Source: Eledone cirrhosa
Taxonomy: Eukaryota
Direction: 5' to 3'
DNA length: 64,000 nucleotides
Assembly: GCA_964016885.1 (NCBI GenBank)
Contig: OZ024742.1
Span: forward strand, 238,018,001 to 238,082,000
The translations under genes and the position numbers were made by a program. Shown here one piece after another: positions 1 to 14,805 of the stretch; the stretch's first letter is position 1, and every line of letters begins with the position of its first letter. Below the pieces are notes generated by a model, which was not told the DNA's origin, did not search any database, and saw only the letters and a list, made by a program, of their open reading frames with translations.

Positions 1-94
1 TTCCTATCTTTTTCTTACTCTTATATTTCTGTCATATGTAGACTTTGCACTTTCCTGTTGACAAGTGTTTTTAGGCCTCATATCATGTTACCTT

Positions 95-162
95 ATTTTA
101 TCTAATGAGAACACAATCTTTGTCCCAGGATGTTGGTGTTTTCGAAATGCGCATAACAAAAT
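95..162 (+). ncRNA. Degenerate type I hammerhead ribozyme (G5>A, probably inactive)
   Basis: attttat-CTAATGA-gaacac...gtgttttc-GAAA-tgcgcaTA-acaaaat. Stems I and II and palindromic stem III (ATGCGCAT) are present; core reads CTAA instead of CTGA. Confidence 0.55.
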
Positions 163-196
163 ATATGGAACTTTTTTAACCATCTTTTAATTTCTT

Positions 197-197
<1 letters not shown>

Positions 198-280
<83 letters not shown>

Positions 281-309
281 TGTGTGTGTGCGTGTGTGTT
301 TGTGTGTGT

Positions 310-367
<58 letters not shown>
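198..367. repeat. Compound (TA)n-(TG)n microsatellite
   Basis: Direct inspection; explains ORF 232..423. Confidence 0.98.
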
Positions 368-370
<3 letters not shown>

Positions 371-1145
371 ATTTCGAGCTTAATGAGTTTATGTCATTTG
401 AAATAGAAACAGAAAGTCATTAATATAATGGTACATCTTTTTCTTTTTTCTAGGGTTGCTGAATCTAGAGCAATGTGATAATCATATATAGTGATATCCA
501 GAATTTGATAATATTTTGTTATCCTCTCTATTTTTTTCTCTTTTCCCTAAATTAGACATAACAGAGACATTACCATATATTCTCAAATACCAACTGATCT
601 AAATATAATCTAAACTTCCTATTTTATGCCTGAGAAATGGGCAAAAATCGAAAACCCGTTTATAAGCTGAGGTAGCTAATCAACACATTATATTTAGATG
701 GTGTGGTTTTGAAATACTCGAGTATTAAATATATTTATGAAGTTTTAATATTTTGATGTTTAAAATGTTTTAAGTGTCGTTTAAAATATAGTTTTTGTTT
801 CACAACTCCATTATGTAATGCATTTTTACCATTTCATTCGTTTTATAGTTTCAACAAGATTCTCAAACTTTTATTTACTTCTGACCACTCACATACTGTG
901 AGTAGTTGAAAGTAAACAATCGAATAAGAGAACCTTGTGTAGGAATTCATTGAGTAGAAGTGGGAGAGTGAGACAGCAAGTAAGAGAGAGAGGAGAGATA
1001 GAGCAAAAAAAAGAGAGGGAGAGAGAGCAATAAAATAAAATCAGATTTCTATCTTACGTTTTTAATTATTTTTTCGTAACAAAGCAATTTATTTGTCTCT
1101 ATTTTCCTCTAATAATATATAACATAGTTGCCAGTCCACTCAAGG

Positions 1146-1194
1146 ATGCCAGACAGTGTTGTTTCAAGATTTGTTAATCTTTCATCAGTGACAC
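1146..1194 (-). ncRNA. Type I hammerhead ribozyme, canonical core
   Basis: Minus strand: gtgtca-CTGATGA-aagatt aaca aatctt-GAAA-ca acac tg-TC-tggcat. 6-bp stem I, 6-bp stem II, GUC cleavage triplet. Confidence 0.8.
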
Positions 1195-1294
1195 ACATTC
1201 AATCCATACTAGCATGGAAATAGACTAAAGTCTATATAAAATTTTGCAGGTTGTTGTTTTAAATGTCCACTTTCCCTGCTAGCAAGAGTTGGAC

Positions 1295-2566
<1,272 letters not shown>

Positions 2567-2751
2567 TATTATATATAAATATAGTAAAGTAAAAATATAT
2601 ATTTATCTATACATACTATTAGAGAAAGGCAATGAAGAATGACATGATGCTGAACGAAAACAAAAGCAATATATACAAACACACACACACCGACCACAAC
2701 TAAATATGGAATGATTCGCGATGCCCCCCACCGCCCCACCCCAACATACTA

Positions 2752-3000
2752 TATCTCCTTATAATATATAACCAGCAATTTCTCTGTCTGTCTGTCCGAC
2801 GCGTAGAGAGAGAGTGAGAGTGAAAGAAAGAGACAGACTACAAGAGGAGGATAGCGGGAGGGAGAGAGAGAGACGCTGGAAGAGGGGAAGGAAAGCTATG
2901 TCTTGCTGTCTGCATTACGATACATATATATATATACACACACACTGAGCGCGTCATAATGACGTAATGCAGACAGCCAGACATACAGACAGATATTATA
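2752..3000 (+). mobile_element. Helitron-like 5' fragment
   Basis: ATCTCCTTATAATATATAACC followed by (CTGT)n, as in non-autonomous Helitron 5' ends. Confidence 0.35.
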
Positions 3001-3049
3001 AGGGTGCAACGTTATATCTATGTATCTATCTAAAAAGAAAGACTAAGAA

Positions 3050-3239
3050 TTATATAGAGAGAACGCTAAATCGCCTAATGTGGTCTCTAGGGCATTGAAA
3101 ATTTGAAATAATTTTTGCTCAAAACACTCACAGGACCATAAGTACTACATGTCTAAAGTTTGAAAACAATCGGTTGGATGGTTCTCAAGTTTTAGTGAGC
3201 TGATAGACACACAGACATTCTCTGTTTTAGATATATAGA
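3050..3239 (-). mobile_element. Helitron-like 5' fragment related to 1400-2566
   Basis: Reverse complement TCTATATATCTAAAACAGAGAATGTCTGTGTGTC...CCAACCGATTGTTTTCAAACTTT aligns to 1407-1480. Confidence 0.6.
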
Positions 3240-3264
3240 CTAGCAGAAAACCACCTACAGAAAC

Positions 3265-3509
3265 AAAATGGCGTAGGACAGAACAAAGGAGAGGCACAAA
3301 AACAAAGAAAAGAATCCCCAGTCACTGAAGAAGTCACAGAATGTGTGACGAAAGAACTTTGACAATATATAAACAACTATCTGGTTGTGGAACCAACCAA
3401 CCAACCAGAAATTTATAAATTCCTAAATTTATAAATTTATTATAATAAATTGAAGTGAAAGCAACTGGTGCGTGTGTTTCTTATTGGCAACATGACCCTC
3501 GCAAAGTAT

Positions 3510-3515
<6 letters not shown>
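3265..3515 (+). mobile_element. Solo Penelope pseudo-LTR (family of 31328-32115)
   Basis: Near-identical to 31872-32115 and to 58280-58500 (minus); ends GTATAACAAT-(AT)n. Confidence 0.85.
3320..3363 (+). ncRNA. Minimal hammerhead ribozyme in Penelope pseudo-LTR
   Basis: gtca-CTGAAGA-a-gtcaca gaatg tgtgac-GAAA-g aa c-TT-tgac. Confidence 0.7.
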
Positions 3516-3557
<42 letters not shown>

Positions 3558-3560
3558 TTA

Positions 3561-3584
3561 TCTCGGGAATTTTACCCGCCCTAG
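3561..3584 (+). mobile_element. Extreme 3' tip of RTE LINE (family of 41366)
   Basis: TCTCGGGAATTTTACCCGCCCTAG is identical to the reverse complement of 41366-41389; sits inside (TA)n. Confidence 0.6.
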
Positions 3585-3609
3585 ATAGATATATATATAT
3601 ATAGTGTGT

Positions 3610-3709
3610 AACGTTTTTCTGCGTTCACAGATTGATTTTTTTAGTTTCAGAAGATCCCGTTAAGGGTGAAAGCACCGATTCTTTGCTTAAACTTTAATCT
3701 GTTATTTTA

Positions 3710-3710
<1 letters not shown>
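3610..3710 (+). mobile_element. Penelope pseudo-LTR fragment with variant hammerhead (3643-3693)
   Basis: Matches 37735-37850; agttt-CAGAAGA-tccc gttaa gggt-GAAA-gca...tgc-TT-aaact. Confidence 0.8.
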
Positions 3711-3822
<112 letters not shown>

Positions 3823-3824
3823 AA

Positions 3825-3973
3825 TTATATATTCGTGTACAGATATTTTTGCATACACAATACCAAAATATAAACAAACATATTTCTTTCACGAGGCTCG
3901 ATAAGGATAAATATAGATCAAATATATAAGAACCCTAGAGAAAATCCCGAGCAAGGCCGGGCCATTCTGCTAA
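3825..3973 (+). mobile_element. Helitron-like 3' fragment
   Basis: CCCGAGCAAGGCCGGG hairpin followed by CCATTCTGCTAA (degenerate CTAG). Confidence 0.4.
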
Positions 3974-4711
3974 TATATCTATAAATTAACGCACGTTTCT
4001 TCCACATCTTGAGCAGGCATATAATTAATTATTACTTAAATAATTATATGAATGAAAGATTGGAATCATTGGTCCTAATAAAAAAATATAATAAACGTTT
4101 TACATCTTAAATTGATTTAGCCTAAGGCTAATGTTTACATTAGACGACATCAAATTTGAATAAATACTACGTCAGTTTTGAATAAGGCACTCAAACAAAC
4201 GATATTTAATACAAATTTGAGTTATGTACTCAAGCAAAACAGGGTAAAATATTTTCTTTAAAAAAATATGTATATATAAAAATATGTTTATAGATATAAA
4301 TATTTAATAAAAGAATATATATATATATATGTGTGTGTGTGAGTGTCTGTGTGTGAACTTATAAACCTGCCCAAATAAATATACAAGTACATATACATAC
4401 ATGCATATATACATAGATGTACATATTCATACATACACATACACAGTTAAATATAGACATATATACATACATATGTATATATATATATATATTTATATAT
4501 ACATATATATATAATTATCTAATAAAGGAATTGTGGTAAGGAATCAGATGGATCATAACGCACCAGAGTACTCAATACTTAGGGTAGTAGAGTGGGAAAT
4601 AGGAAAAAGTATATATATATTAACATGAATGGACCTGTTGTTTTTATCTAAGGACATTTTTTCCAATTCCAACCTGCCCGTCCCCTCAATTTTTCTTATT
4701 TCTCATTCTTT

Positions 4712-4745
4712 CTTCTGATGAAGGACTAGCGTCCGAAACGTTAAT
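4712..4745 (+). ncRNA. Minimal hammerhead motif
   Basis: ctt-CTGATGA-a-ggac tagc gtcc-GAAACGTT-aatg. Palindromic stem III; stem I weak. Confidence 0.6.
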
Positions 4746-4827
4746 GCCGTCTTCCTGTTATATCAAGCGTTAACCTAATATATCCATTCCATATACTGTA
4801 CCAATTGTGTTGTTATTTCTTTTTACC

Positions 4828-4934
<107 letters not shown>

Positions 4935-5202
4935 GTATTAGGGGTTGAATAATAATATTGTAATAATATCACAATATTGTTTCGGAGTGTTTTGCTTTTT
5001 ATCAAGATTGTGTATTCTGCTCGTTGCAACACAGTGGAACTGTTGAGAATACATGGTATTCTCAACAGTTCCACTGTATATATCGGCTGATTAGCCTCCT
5101 TAGCATACCAAACGATTTTACGGCGAAAATTAAAAAGCAAAATTTGTTTTCACACGTAAGATTGTGGATACCTAAATGTATTCGTGAGTGAATAATAATA
5201 AT

Positions 5203-5393
5203 ATTGTTACTACTTTTGGCACAGGGCCAGTAATTAGCCAGTGCATTACTGGTACTTTATTTCATCGACCCCGTAAGGATGAAAGGCAAATTTAACCTCG
5301 ACGGGATTTGAACTCAGAAGTGCAAGGGCCGTAACTCTATGCGTCAAAGCATGGCGTCCGACCCGCTACTGATACTGCCAATCCACCGACCCT
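5203..5393 (-). mobile_element. tRNA-derived SINE, family A (~190 bp)
   Basis: A box TGGCAGTATCAG, B box GAGTTCAAATCC, central CCTTTCATCCTTACGGGGTCGAT; many copies in the window. Confidence 0.9.
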
Positions 5394-5401
5394 TATAATA
5401 A

Positions 5402-5453
<52 letters not shown>

Positions 5454-5500
5454 TTCATTTATTAGCCACCAGGGCCGACATGTAGAATAATAATAATAAT
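5394..5500. repeat. Interrupted (TAA)n microsatellite
   Basis: Direct inspection; forms the 5' flank of the Dong element. Confidence 0.9.
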
Positions 5501-8008
5501 AGAGTCAATCAGTATAGACAGAACCGCATGTTTGACAACAACCAGAAGATGTTGTTTGGGCAGCTTGAAGGGAAAGAAAGAGGCAACGACTTGATCACTG
5601 AGGCGGAACAGACTAAGACATTCTGGAGAGGAATATGGGAGCAGGATGTTGAACATAATGATCAGGCAGCGTGGATTGACAGAGTACAAAAGGAGATTAG
5701 TGAACAAGCACACCAACAAACTGATTTAAGTATCACAGTTGAAACTCTTAAAGGGCAGGCCAGAAAACTAACCAACTGGAAATCACCAGGCCCAGATGGT
5801 GTGCAGGGGTATGGGATTAAAAATATAACATCCCTCCACCCGAAACTGACAACCATGTTCAATGACTGCTTGATGTCGGGTGAGGTACCAGAGTGGTTGA
5901 CAAAGGTTACCACAGTCCTGGTAATGAAAGACCGAATCAAGGGTAATGATGTTACCAACTATAGACCTATCACATGTCTGTCCGTAATGTGGAAACTGTT
6001 AACAAGCATTGTGTCTGGGGAAATCTACCATCACCTCCACACAAACAACTTGTTACCGGACGAACAGAAAGGATGCCGAAAGAAGTCCCGTGGTACAAAA
6101 GACCAGTTACTTATTGATAAGATGGTAATGAGGAATTGCAAGAGGAGACACACTGGTCTTGCCATGGGATGGATAGACTACAAAAAGGCATTCGACATGG
6201 TACCTATTCTTGGATAACCAAAAGCCTAGAGATCTTCAAGGTGGCAGATAATATCAGACAGTTGTTGAGCAAAAGTATGAAGTCCTGGGAAACAGAATTA
6301 ACATCGGGTGGAGAATCCTTGGGAGGCGTGAAGATAAAGAGAGGTATCTTCCAGGGAGATAGTCTGTCCCCTCTGTTGTTTGTCCTTGCCCTGATATCCC
6401 TGACCATTATACTGCGAAAAGTGAGAGCAGGATACAAGTTGGGAAAAGGAGAGCTCACCATCAACCACCTCCTCTTCATGGACGATCTTAAACTCTTTGG
6501 GAAGAGTGAGAAGGAGTTGGATGTACTTGTTGACACTGTCCGTATTTTCAGCAGTGATATATGTATGCAATTTGGTATTAATAAGTGTGGAGTCCTAGTG
6601 TTGAAGAGGGGTAAATTGAGCAGAAGAAACGGAATCCAGGTACCAACAGGTGAGATGATAAAGGAAATTGACACTGAAGAAGGATACAAATATTTAGGTG
6701 TTCTGGAGGCTGATGACATCAAGAACAAAAGAAATGAAGGAATTGATAAGATCTGAATACATTCGGAGAATAAGGAGCGTATTTAAATCACATCTGAACA
6801 GTAGGAATGCCATAAGTGCAGTAAATTCCCGAGCTGCGTCTATTATTAGGTACAGTACGGGAATTCTGAAATGGAATGTTGCTGAACAAAAAGAAATGGA
6901 TAGGAAGACTAGGAAGCTATTGACTATCTACATGTTCCACAAGAGGAGTGATGTCGATAGACTCTACTTAAAGAGATCTGAAGGTGGAAGAGGTCTTATC
7001 AGCATAGAGGACTGTGTTCAGATGGAGAAAAACAACCTGCACAAATACGTGACCGATAGTAAGGAGCCAATGCTCAGAATTGTACTGAAGGAGAGGACAA
7101 TAGACCAGGAGATGTCCAAGGAGGAAATAACAACAAGGAGGAAGAGAAACCTTCATGAAAAATCCCTTCATAGTACCTTCTTTGAGAAAACTGAATTCAG
7201 AGATCCACAGACATGGAACTGGTTAAAAAGAGGAGACCTTAAAAAGGCTACAGAATGAATGCTAATGGCTGCGCAAGAGCAGGCACTCAAAACGAATTGG
7301 GTGAAACACCATATCTAGAAGGAGGAGGCTAGCCCACTGTGTAGGATATGTGGAGAGAGAGAGGAAACTGTGGCTCACATTGTATCCGACTGTAAACACC
7401 TAGCCCAGACTCACTATAAAGGCTCGAGACATGATGTGATGGGCAGTGTGATCCACTGGAACCTATGCAAAGTAAACAATTTACCAGATTCTGAGAAGTG
7501 GTATGAGCATAAGCCAGAGTCGGTGATAGAAAACGATCAGGTGAAGGTGCTATGGGATTTTAGGATACAGACGGATAAGAAACTGGAACACAATAGGCCT
7601 GACCTGGTGGTTTTGGACAAGGAAAAAAGATCGTGCCTGATTGTGGATGTAGCCTGCCCATTTGACACGAGAGTGCAAGAAAAGGAGAGGGAGAAAATTA
7701 ACCGATACCAGGACTTAAAGTGGGAGGTAAAAAGGATTTGGAACTGCCATGAAGTCAGAGTCGTCCCGATTGTCATAGGCGCACTAGGTACTATCTCAAA
7801 GAGTTTCCAAGGATGGTTAAAGAAAGTTAGTCCAGCCCCGCTTTTTGGAACACTTCAAAAGGCATGCTTGCTGGGAACAGCAAGAACCCTCCGATACGTC
7901 CTGAATATCCGAGGCTGCAGGTAGCGGCTTGATATTCATTTCAACAAACTTTCCAGTTAACTAACATCAATGACTGAGACTCAAAGTACAATAATAATAA
8001 TAATAATT
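5501..8008 (+). mobile_element. 5'-truncated R4/Dong-clade non-LTR retrotransposon (RT, CCHC finger, restriction-like endonuclease), disrupted
   Basis: RT motifs WKSPGPDG, YRPITCL, WIDYKKAFDMVP, GIFQGDSLSPLLF, LFMDDLKLF; CRICG...HIVSDC; RHD; RPDLVV...DVACP; VPIVIGALG. Frameshifts at ~6205 and ~6730, stops at 7256 and 7316. (TAA)n on both sides. Confidence 0.93.
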
Positions 8009-8117
8009 CGGAGAGTAAGGAGAGTATTAAAATCACATCTGAACAGTAGGAATGTGCAGTGGATTCCCGAGCTGTGTCTATTATTAGATACAGTGCGGAA
8101 TTCTGAGATGGAATATA
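8007..8117 (+). mobile_element. Diverged duplicate of Dong internal segment 6760-6876
   Basis: TTCGGAGAGTAAGGAGAGTATTAAAATCACATCTGAACAGTAGGAATG matches 6762-6809. Confidence 0.85.
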
Positions 8118-8119
8118 AT

Positions 8120-8440
8120 AGTCGTTTTGGAAGCCTCTACAATGCTAATGGATAAATTTCCGGGTAACAAAATCAGATGGCACTAGGATGGGAGAGAAAA
8201 GGAGGAAGAAGCGTAAAAAGATACGTACAGAATGTAAAAAAGAAAGGGGTAAAAAAACCAGAGTTACCTTGGAAGAGATTTATTGGTCCGTATATTTCGG
8301 ATTTTACATTCATCGACAGGGGGTGGTTTCCGAGGAAAAAGAGTTATGACGGGGAAGGGAAGAATGTTAGGCCTTCTTTATGTGCCGTATACGTACAATA
8401 GAAAAATACGAATCTCTATCGAATGCATGAGCGCGCGATA
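8120..8440 (+). mobile_element. Highly decayed Penelope-like endonuclease C-terminal remnant
   Basis: KKSYDGEGK..LC..NRK resembles ARSYNGNKRPCDLC..LNKKSE at 36.7 kb. Confidence 0.3.
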
Positions 8441-8602
8441 TTGTGTGCATGGATTGTTTTATATATTTGGGTGGATATACATTTATACATAATTTGATTG
8501 TATATGAATACGTATGGGTCAATATATTACGTTTTGTTTATATATGACTTTATACGTATGTATTAATATAAAAATATCAATATGTTATAAATATATACAT
8601 AA

Positions 8603-8669
<67 letters not shown>

Positions 8670-9202
8670 TACGTGGTATTTGTGCGTGCATATGTTTTTT
8701 TCTTATATTTGCGTGTATATATGTATGTATATATTTGTTTATGTGTATCTAAGTTTATATGTACGATAATATTTGTTGGTGTAAATGTATAGATATAACT
8801 ATACACTACTACATCAAATATCGAGTGCTCTGGTCATTAATGTTCTAAACACGTGTTTACTGTATCCTTATTGATTTGTATGCATATATATATATTTATA
8901 AGTGCATTCGTATATATTTAATTATCGGTGTGCTAAATATATAGATAAAAAATACACTATATATATATATAAAAGTACTTGATGCCTTTATTTAGAAGGA
9001 AAATATTACAACAAATATCGTGATATTGCGTTCCTGATCGAAACTTGTATATATTGTATACCTGACAGCTGCACAGACGAGTATGCCAAGCCGATTCGTC
9101 AGATTTTAACATCAAAGTTTGCGTATATAAATACTGTACTGGATTAAACTGAAAAGCTTTTCTGTCATATCACATTGACGATCAGCGGAACAGTAGCAAT
9201 AG

Positions 9203-9234
<32 letters not shown>

Positions 9235-9289
9235 AAATATACAAATGGCTTCTACAGGACTAGAACTGTTTCATTCGGAGGAAACCATA

Positions 9290-10444
<1,155 letters not shown>

Positions 10445-10532
10445 GGTTCTGATGCCATGTGCGTTATTTCATATTCGCACACTATTCAGTCTTCTGATAT
10501 ACTTAGAAGTGGAGGGATTTCTAATTTTTACC

Positions 10533-10605
10533 GCCACTGAAGAGCAGAAAATTGGTAATTCCTTCGCCAAATATATTCGAAACAGCTACCAAAGGTGTCT
10601 GGGTG
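10533..10605 (+). ncRNA. Type I hammerhead ribozyme
   Basis: gcca-CTGAAGA-g...ttggt/gccaa...c-GAAA-cagct accaa aggtg-TC-tggg. GUC site; some stem mismatches. Confidence 0.6.
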
Positions 10606-10828
10606 TTCAGGCAGTTGCCCAATATAAGTTTGTTCTTTTTCTTGATTTATTACTCTATAGTTTTTTTCACCCTAGCGAACTTGGTCCCTTACAATTCGAA
10701 CACATGTATGTTTATATTTGTGTTTACCTCTCTTGTATATTCAATTATATTATACGGCTCAGAAAAACTTCTTTCTTTGAGCTATTTAATTGTAAGAGAC
10801 TATTTTGAGTTTCTAACTCAATATATAC

Positions 10829-11117
<289 letters not shown>

Positions 11118-11578
11118 TACGGCTGATACCTAAATATAAGTATCTATACGTACATACATATATGTGTACAGACGCACAGTAGTATGTATATATATATACA
11201 TACATGCACACATATATATATATATGTACGTATATACTTTCAGACGTTCAATCATCTGACAGAAAGGTATACGATGCTGACGATAGCTAATAAGCTTGAA
11301 ACTAGTACATCGTTCCTGTGTCAGTGTTGAACAAAAGGGCGACGATGGTTGCCGAGCACTGTACGGCATAATTCGGGCTGTTTGTTTACAAACAAACCGA
11401 ACATTTTAATAAATGTTCGGTAAACCCATAGGTACATATATATATATGTGTGCATGTATGTATATATATACATACTACTGTGCGTCTGTACACATATATG
11501 TATGTACGTATACATACTTATATTTAGGTATCAGCCGTACTAAGAATGAGAAATGAAATTTCGTTTCATTCTTTTCCA
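11118..11578 (+). mobile_element. Non-coding hammerhead-bearing fold-back element (family of 59306-60010)
   Basis: Inverted arms 11118-11228 and 11432-11539 enclose an HHR; near-identical to 59652-60010. Confidence 0.75.
11271..11313 (+). ncRNA. Minimal type I hammerhead ribozyme
   Basis: acgatg-CTGACGA-t agct aata agct t-GAAA-c ta g-TA-catcgt. Perfect 6-bp stem I; palindromic stem III ACTAGT. Confidence 0.85.
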
Positions 11579-11644
11579 TCTATATATATACATATATATT
11601 TACATATGCATACATACATACACGTATACATATAAATAAACACC

Positions 11645-11751
<107 letters not shown>

Positions 11752-11884
11752 TATATCATATAATTCCACACTCGCAAATATAAACAAACATAATACACGT
11801 ACCTACACATACACATACCCACATACCCATACATCCACATTTGAATTATAATGTTATAGAAATATTATTAATATTAGATTGAAA

Positions 11885-12074
11885 AAGGGCGGTGGATTGG
11901 CAGTATCGGTAGAGGGTCAGACGCCATGCTTTGCAGCACAGTTATGTCCCTTTACGAACTGAGTTCAAATCCCGCCGAAGTTAACTTCGCCTTTTATCCT
12001 TACGGGGTCGATAAAATAATGTACCAGTAATGTCCTGGGTAATTGCTGGCCTTGTGCCTAAAGTAGAAACAATT
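11885..12074 (+). mobile_element. SINE family A, full length
   Basis: GGGCGGTGGATTGGCAGTATCGG...GAGTTCAAATCC...AGTAGAAACAATT. Confidence 0.92.
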
Positions 12075-12313
12075 ATTAATATTAGATTGATTTGCAAGCA
12101 AACAGCCTCATCACGCCATGTGTTTTAGACGACTATCATCATCCATTTTTCCTAGCGGTAGCATGGAGAAACATTCGACAATTGTTTCAAGTTCATTGCT
12201 CTTTGTTAGTATTCTGTATCTTCTTTTCTGCTACGCACTAGAACTCTTGAGTATATGTAGTTTTCTCCAAAGAACACATCCGCAGATTATTATTCGATAT
12301 ATAACTCACGAAT

Positions 12314-12357
<44 letters not shown>

Positions 12358-12535
12358 TATATTGTTATACTTGGGTGGGGTCATATTGTTGTAATAATAT
12401 TGCCAGAAATAATAACAGAACACACTCACTGTTTGGTTGGTTTTCGCTTCTGTAACTTTTATATCTCCATAGTTAATTCATTCGGCAATCAATGTTTATC
12501 ATTTATTGACCAACGGTCAAAAATACAGATATAAA
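12358..12535 (-). mobile_element. Dispersed repeat with Penelope-type terminus
   Basis: Homologous to 34224-34400; terminus ATGACCC..CAAGTATAACAAT shared with the 31-kb Penelope family. Confidence 0.6.
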
Positions 12536-12622
12536 TACATATATATAGTCTAACAAAGTTCTTTCGTTGCACATCAGGAAAAACCTGAAATGGAGACAAT
12601 TGTACTTAACTGCCATAGAATA

Positions 12623-12623
<1 letters not shown>

Positions 12624-12702
<79 letters not shown>

Positions 12703-12730
12703 TCTCTCTCACTCCCTCTCTCTCTCTCTC
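12624..12730. repeat. (CT)n microsatellite
   Basis: Direct inspection. Confidence 0.97.
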
Positions 12731-13348
12731 TAGGGCGAGTAAAATTCGCGAGACCCATGGACGAGATCTCAACAGCGGTCTCTGTCCTTCATCATCACCG
12801 CTATGTCCCACGCCTCCCAGAGACCAGTGTCTGTCCTTAGGGCATCAACATATCTCAACCTCTGTCTCCCTCTTCCTGTGTGACCATGTAGAAACTCCCA
12901 CAGAAACTCTGAGTGTAGTGTCAACTCTGAATGTCGGTGAGCATGTCCAGCTAACCTCAGTCTTCTCTATCATTTTCTGGCTGACTTTTGGTAGGATCCT
13001 GTACAGATCTGGGTTCCTCATCTTCAGTGCTATGTCGTCACCAAATTTAGCATCTTATATCCGTTTAGCCTAAACTCTCTTGCTCTGGGCCGGTGTTACA
13101 ATAAAGCCCGGGTCCTGGTGTTTCTCCAGTTTAAGGCGCATACATTAGTCCACTGCAATGACAAAATGGTAGGGAAGCCTCAAGACAGTATTTCAAATAA
13201 CTCCGTCACCTCGTTAGGTGCATTGACTAGGGCTCTGGTGTTAGTGTAGATCAGTGATATCAGGTCTACTATCTTCTTGGAGACACCATAAGCTTGTAAG
13301 ATCCTCGTCAGGCAGTCTCGGTCCACAGAATCAAAGGCCTTCCTGAAC
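12731..13348 (-). mobile_element. RTE LINE 3' end and RT segment, internally deleted
   Basis: Homologous to 41366-41660 and 41797-42130; FRKAFDSVDR, RLAGHAHRH. Confidence 0.85.
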
Positions 13349-13349
13349 T

Positions 13350-13787
13350 GCATCCAGTGGCAAGGCTCCAGTTCAGAGCTGTGGGGAATGTGAAGTTACC
13401 TCTTCGTCATTACCACTCCCAAATCTGCTCTGGCCCGGAGCAGTAAGGGCCCCATTTATGAGTTACATAATTCCCTTACTCGAGTGACGCCGGTAAGGTG
13501 TTATCAGCCAATGAAGAGAAATATGGAGCGTATATTTAATCGCACTAAGGTTAGAGCCCCTAACTTCACTGTCAAGGAGCAGTCAGCTCGTTATGACCCT
13601 ACTGGTTTAGAGCCACAGGGACGGCCAGTGGTTGATGGATGGGCTGTCTCTGATACACAACCTAAAACTATAAAGAAATCAGTTTCGTCCTACAGAAGAG
13701 CCATTAAAATCGGCCCTCTGAATGTGAGGACTGTTTGGACGCTGGAGAAGAGATAGTTGGGTCATCTGTTCAAGGAGAGTGGTATGT

Positions 13788-13790
<3 letters not shown>
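13350..13790 (+). mobile_element. RTE 5' UTR and start of APE endonuclease, inverted relative to 12731-13348
   Basis: ORF ends IKIGPLNVRTVW, an APE motif I; bounded by (CT)n. Confidence 0.55.
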
Positions 13791-13847
<57 letters not shown>

Positions 13848-13861
13848 ATATATATATATAT
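13791..13861. repeat. (CT)n-(TA)n microsatellite
   Basis: Direct inspection. Confidence 0.95.
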
Positions 13862-13997
13862 AACTCGAATATCGAGTTTTGAAACACTAGTGTTTTAGAA
13901 TTCGTAGCAAAATGGAAAAACGCAGCTTAAGTAAGGTGTTAAAACAACAAAATGCCGTCGAAACATTACCTCGAAGGACAGAATTTAGCGACTCGAT

Positions 13998-14145
13998 ACA
14001 TTACTGGTACTTTATTTTATCTACCTCGTAAGGATGAAAGGTAAAGTTAACCTCGGCGGGATATGAACTCAGACCGTAAAGGGCCGTAACTATGCTGCAA
14101 AGCATGGTGTCCGACTCTCTACCGATACTGCCAATCCACCGCCTT
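13998..14145 (-). mobile_element. SINE family A, 3' tail missing
   Basis: Aligns to 11885-12030. Confidence 0.88.
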
Positions 14146-14679
14146 GATATATATTATAATAAGGACTACGAAGACTTTTAAACAATATACTCATTATTTC
14201 ATTGCACAATTCTCGCAAATCTACTCGAAGAGTTGAGAACAAATATCTAAATAAAAGTGTTCCAAGTGTTTCTGGTTTCCTCGGAAATTTCTTCACTAAT
14301 AAATCTGACCTCTATGGACAATGATTAATTTTGCGATCAATCAAGTCACCGGGAAATCTTGTTCAAGCTAGCATTTTCAGAGTAATATTTTGCCAAAGTG
14401 TACAGCACCGATATTAAAGTGATTTGATATATGAATTTTCGTGTGAAATTTAACGGCGTGAAATGTCATGACATTTTGTAATTACGGTAAAAATACTATA
14501 GAATATATAACCGATGTCCAACAGCCATATATTTCTGATGACGTTGAAGCCCTGTAATGAGTTTATTTAGAGACATGAAATCATAAATAAATATTAGTTT
14601 GCAAGGAGTTGATATATTTATAGATAGGAATTAATACTGGAAATATTGACTATTAATATATGAACAATTATTAGAATAC

Positions 14680-14805
14680 GAGGTGAATTGTAATAAGCGT
14701 TAGAACATCACGATATTCATTCCGGCAATCTGCACTTTTAGTTCAAATCCTATCCAAGTCGAATCTGCCTTTCAGGCTTTCGGTGTCGATAAATACATTA
14801 CTAGT
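14680..14805 (+). mobile_element. Old SINE fragment
   Basis: AGTTCAAATCC B box and TTTCGGTGTCGATAAAT core. Confidence 0.55.

Noticed and set aside
627-730. Possible hammerhead (CTGAGGT...GAAATACTCGAGTATT)
   Set aside because: Palindromic stem III is present, but the core and stem I are too degenerate to call.
11885-11975. tRNA gene
   Set aside because: The A/B boxes belong to a multi-copy SINE head; no complete cloverleaf.
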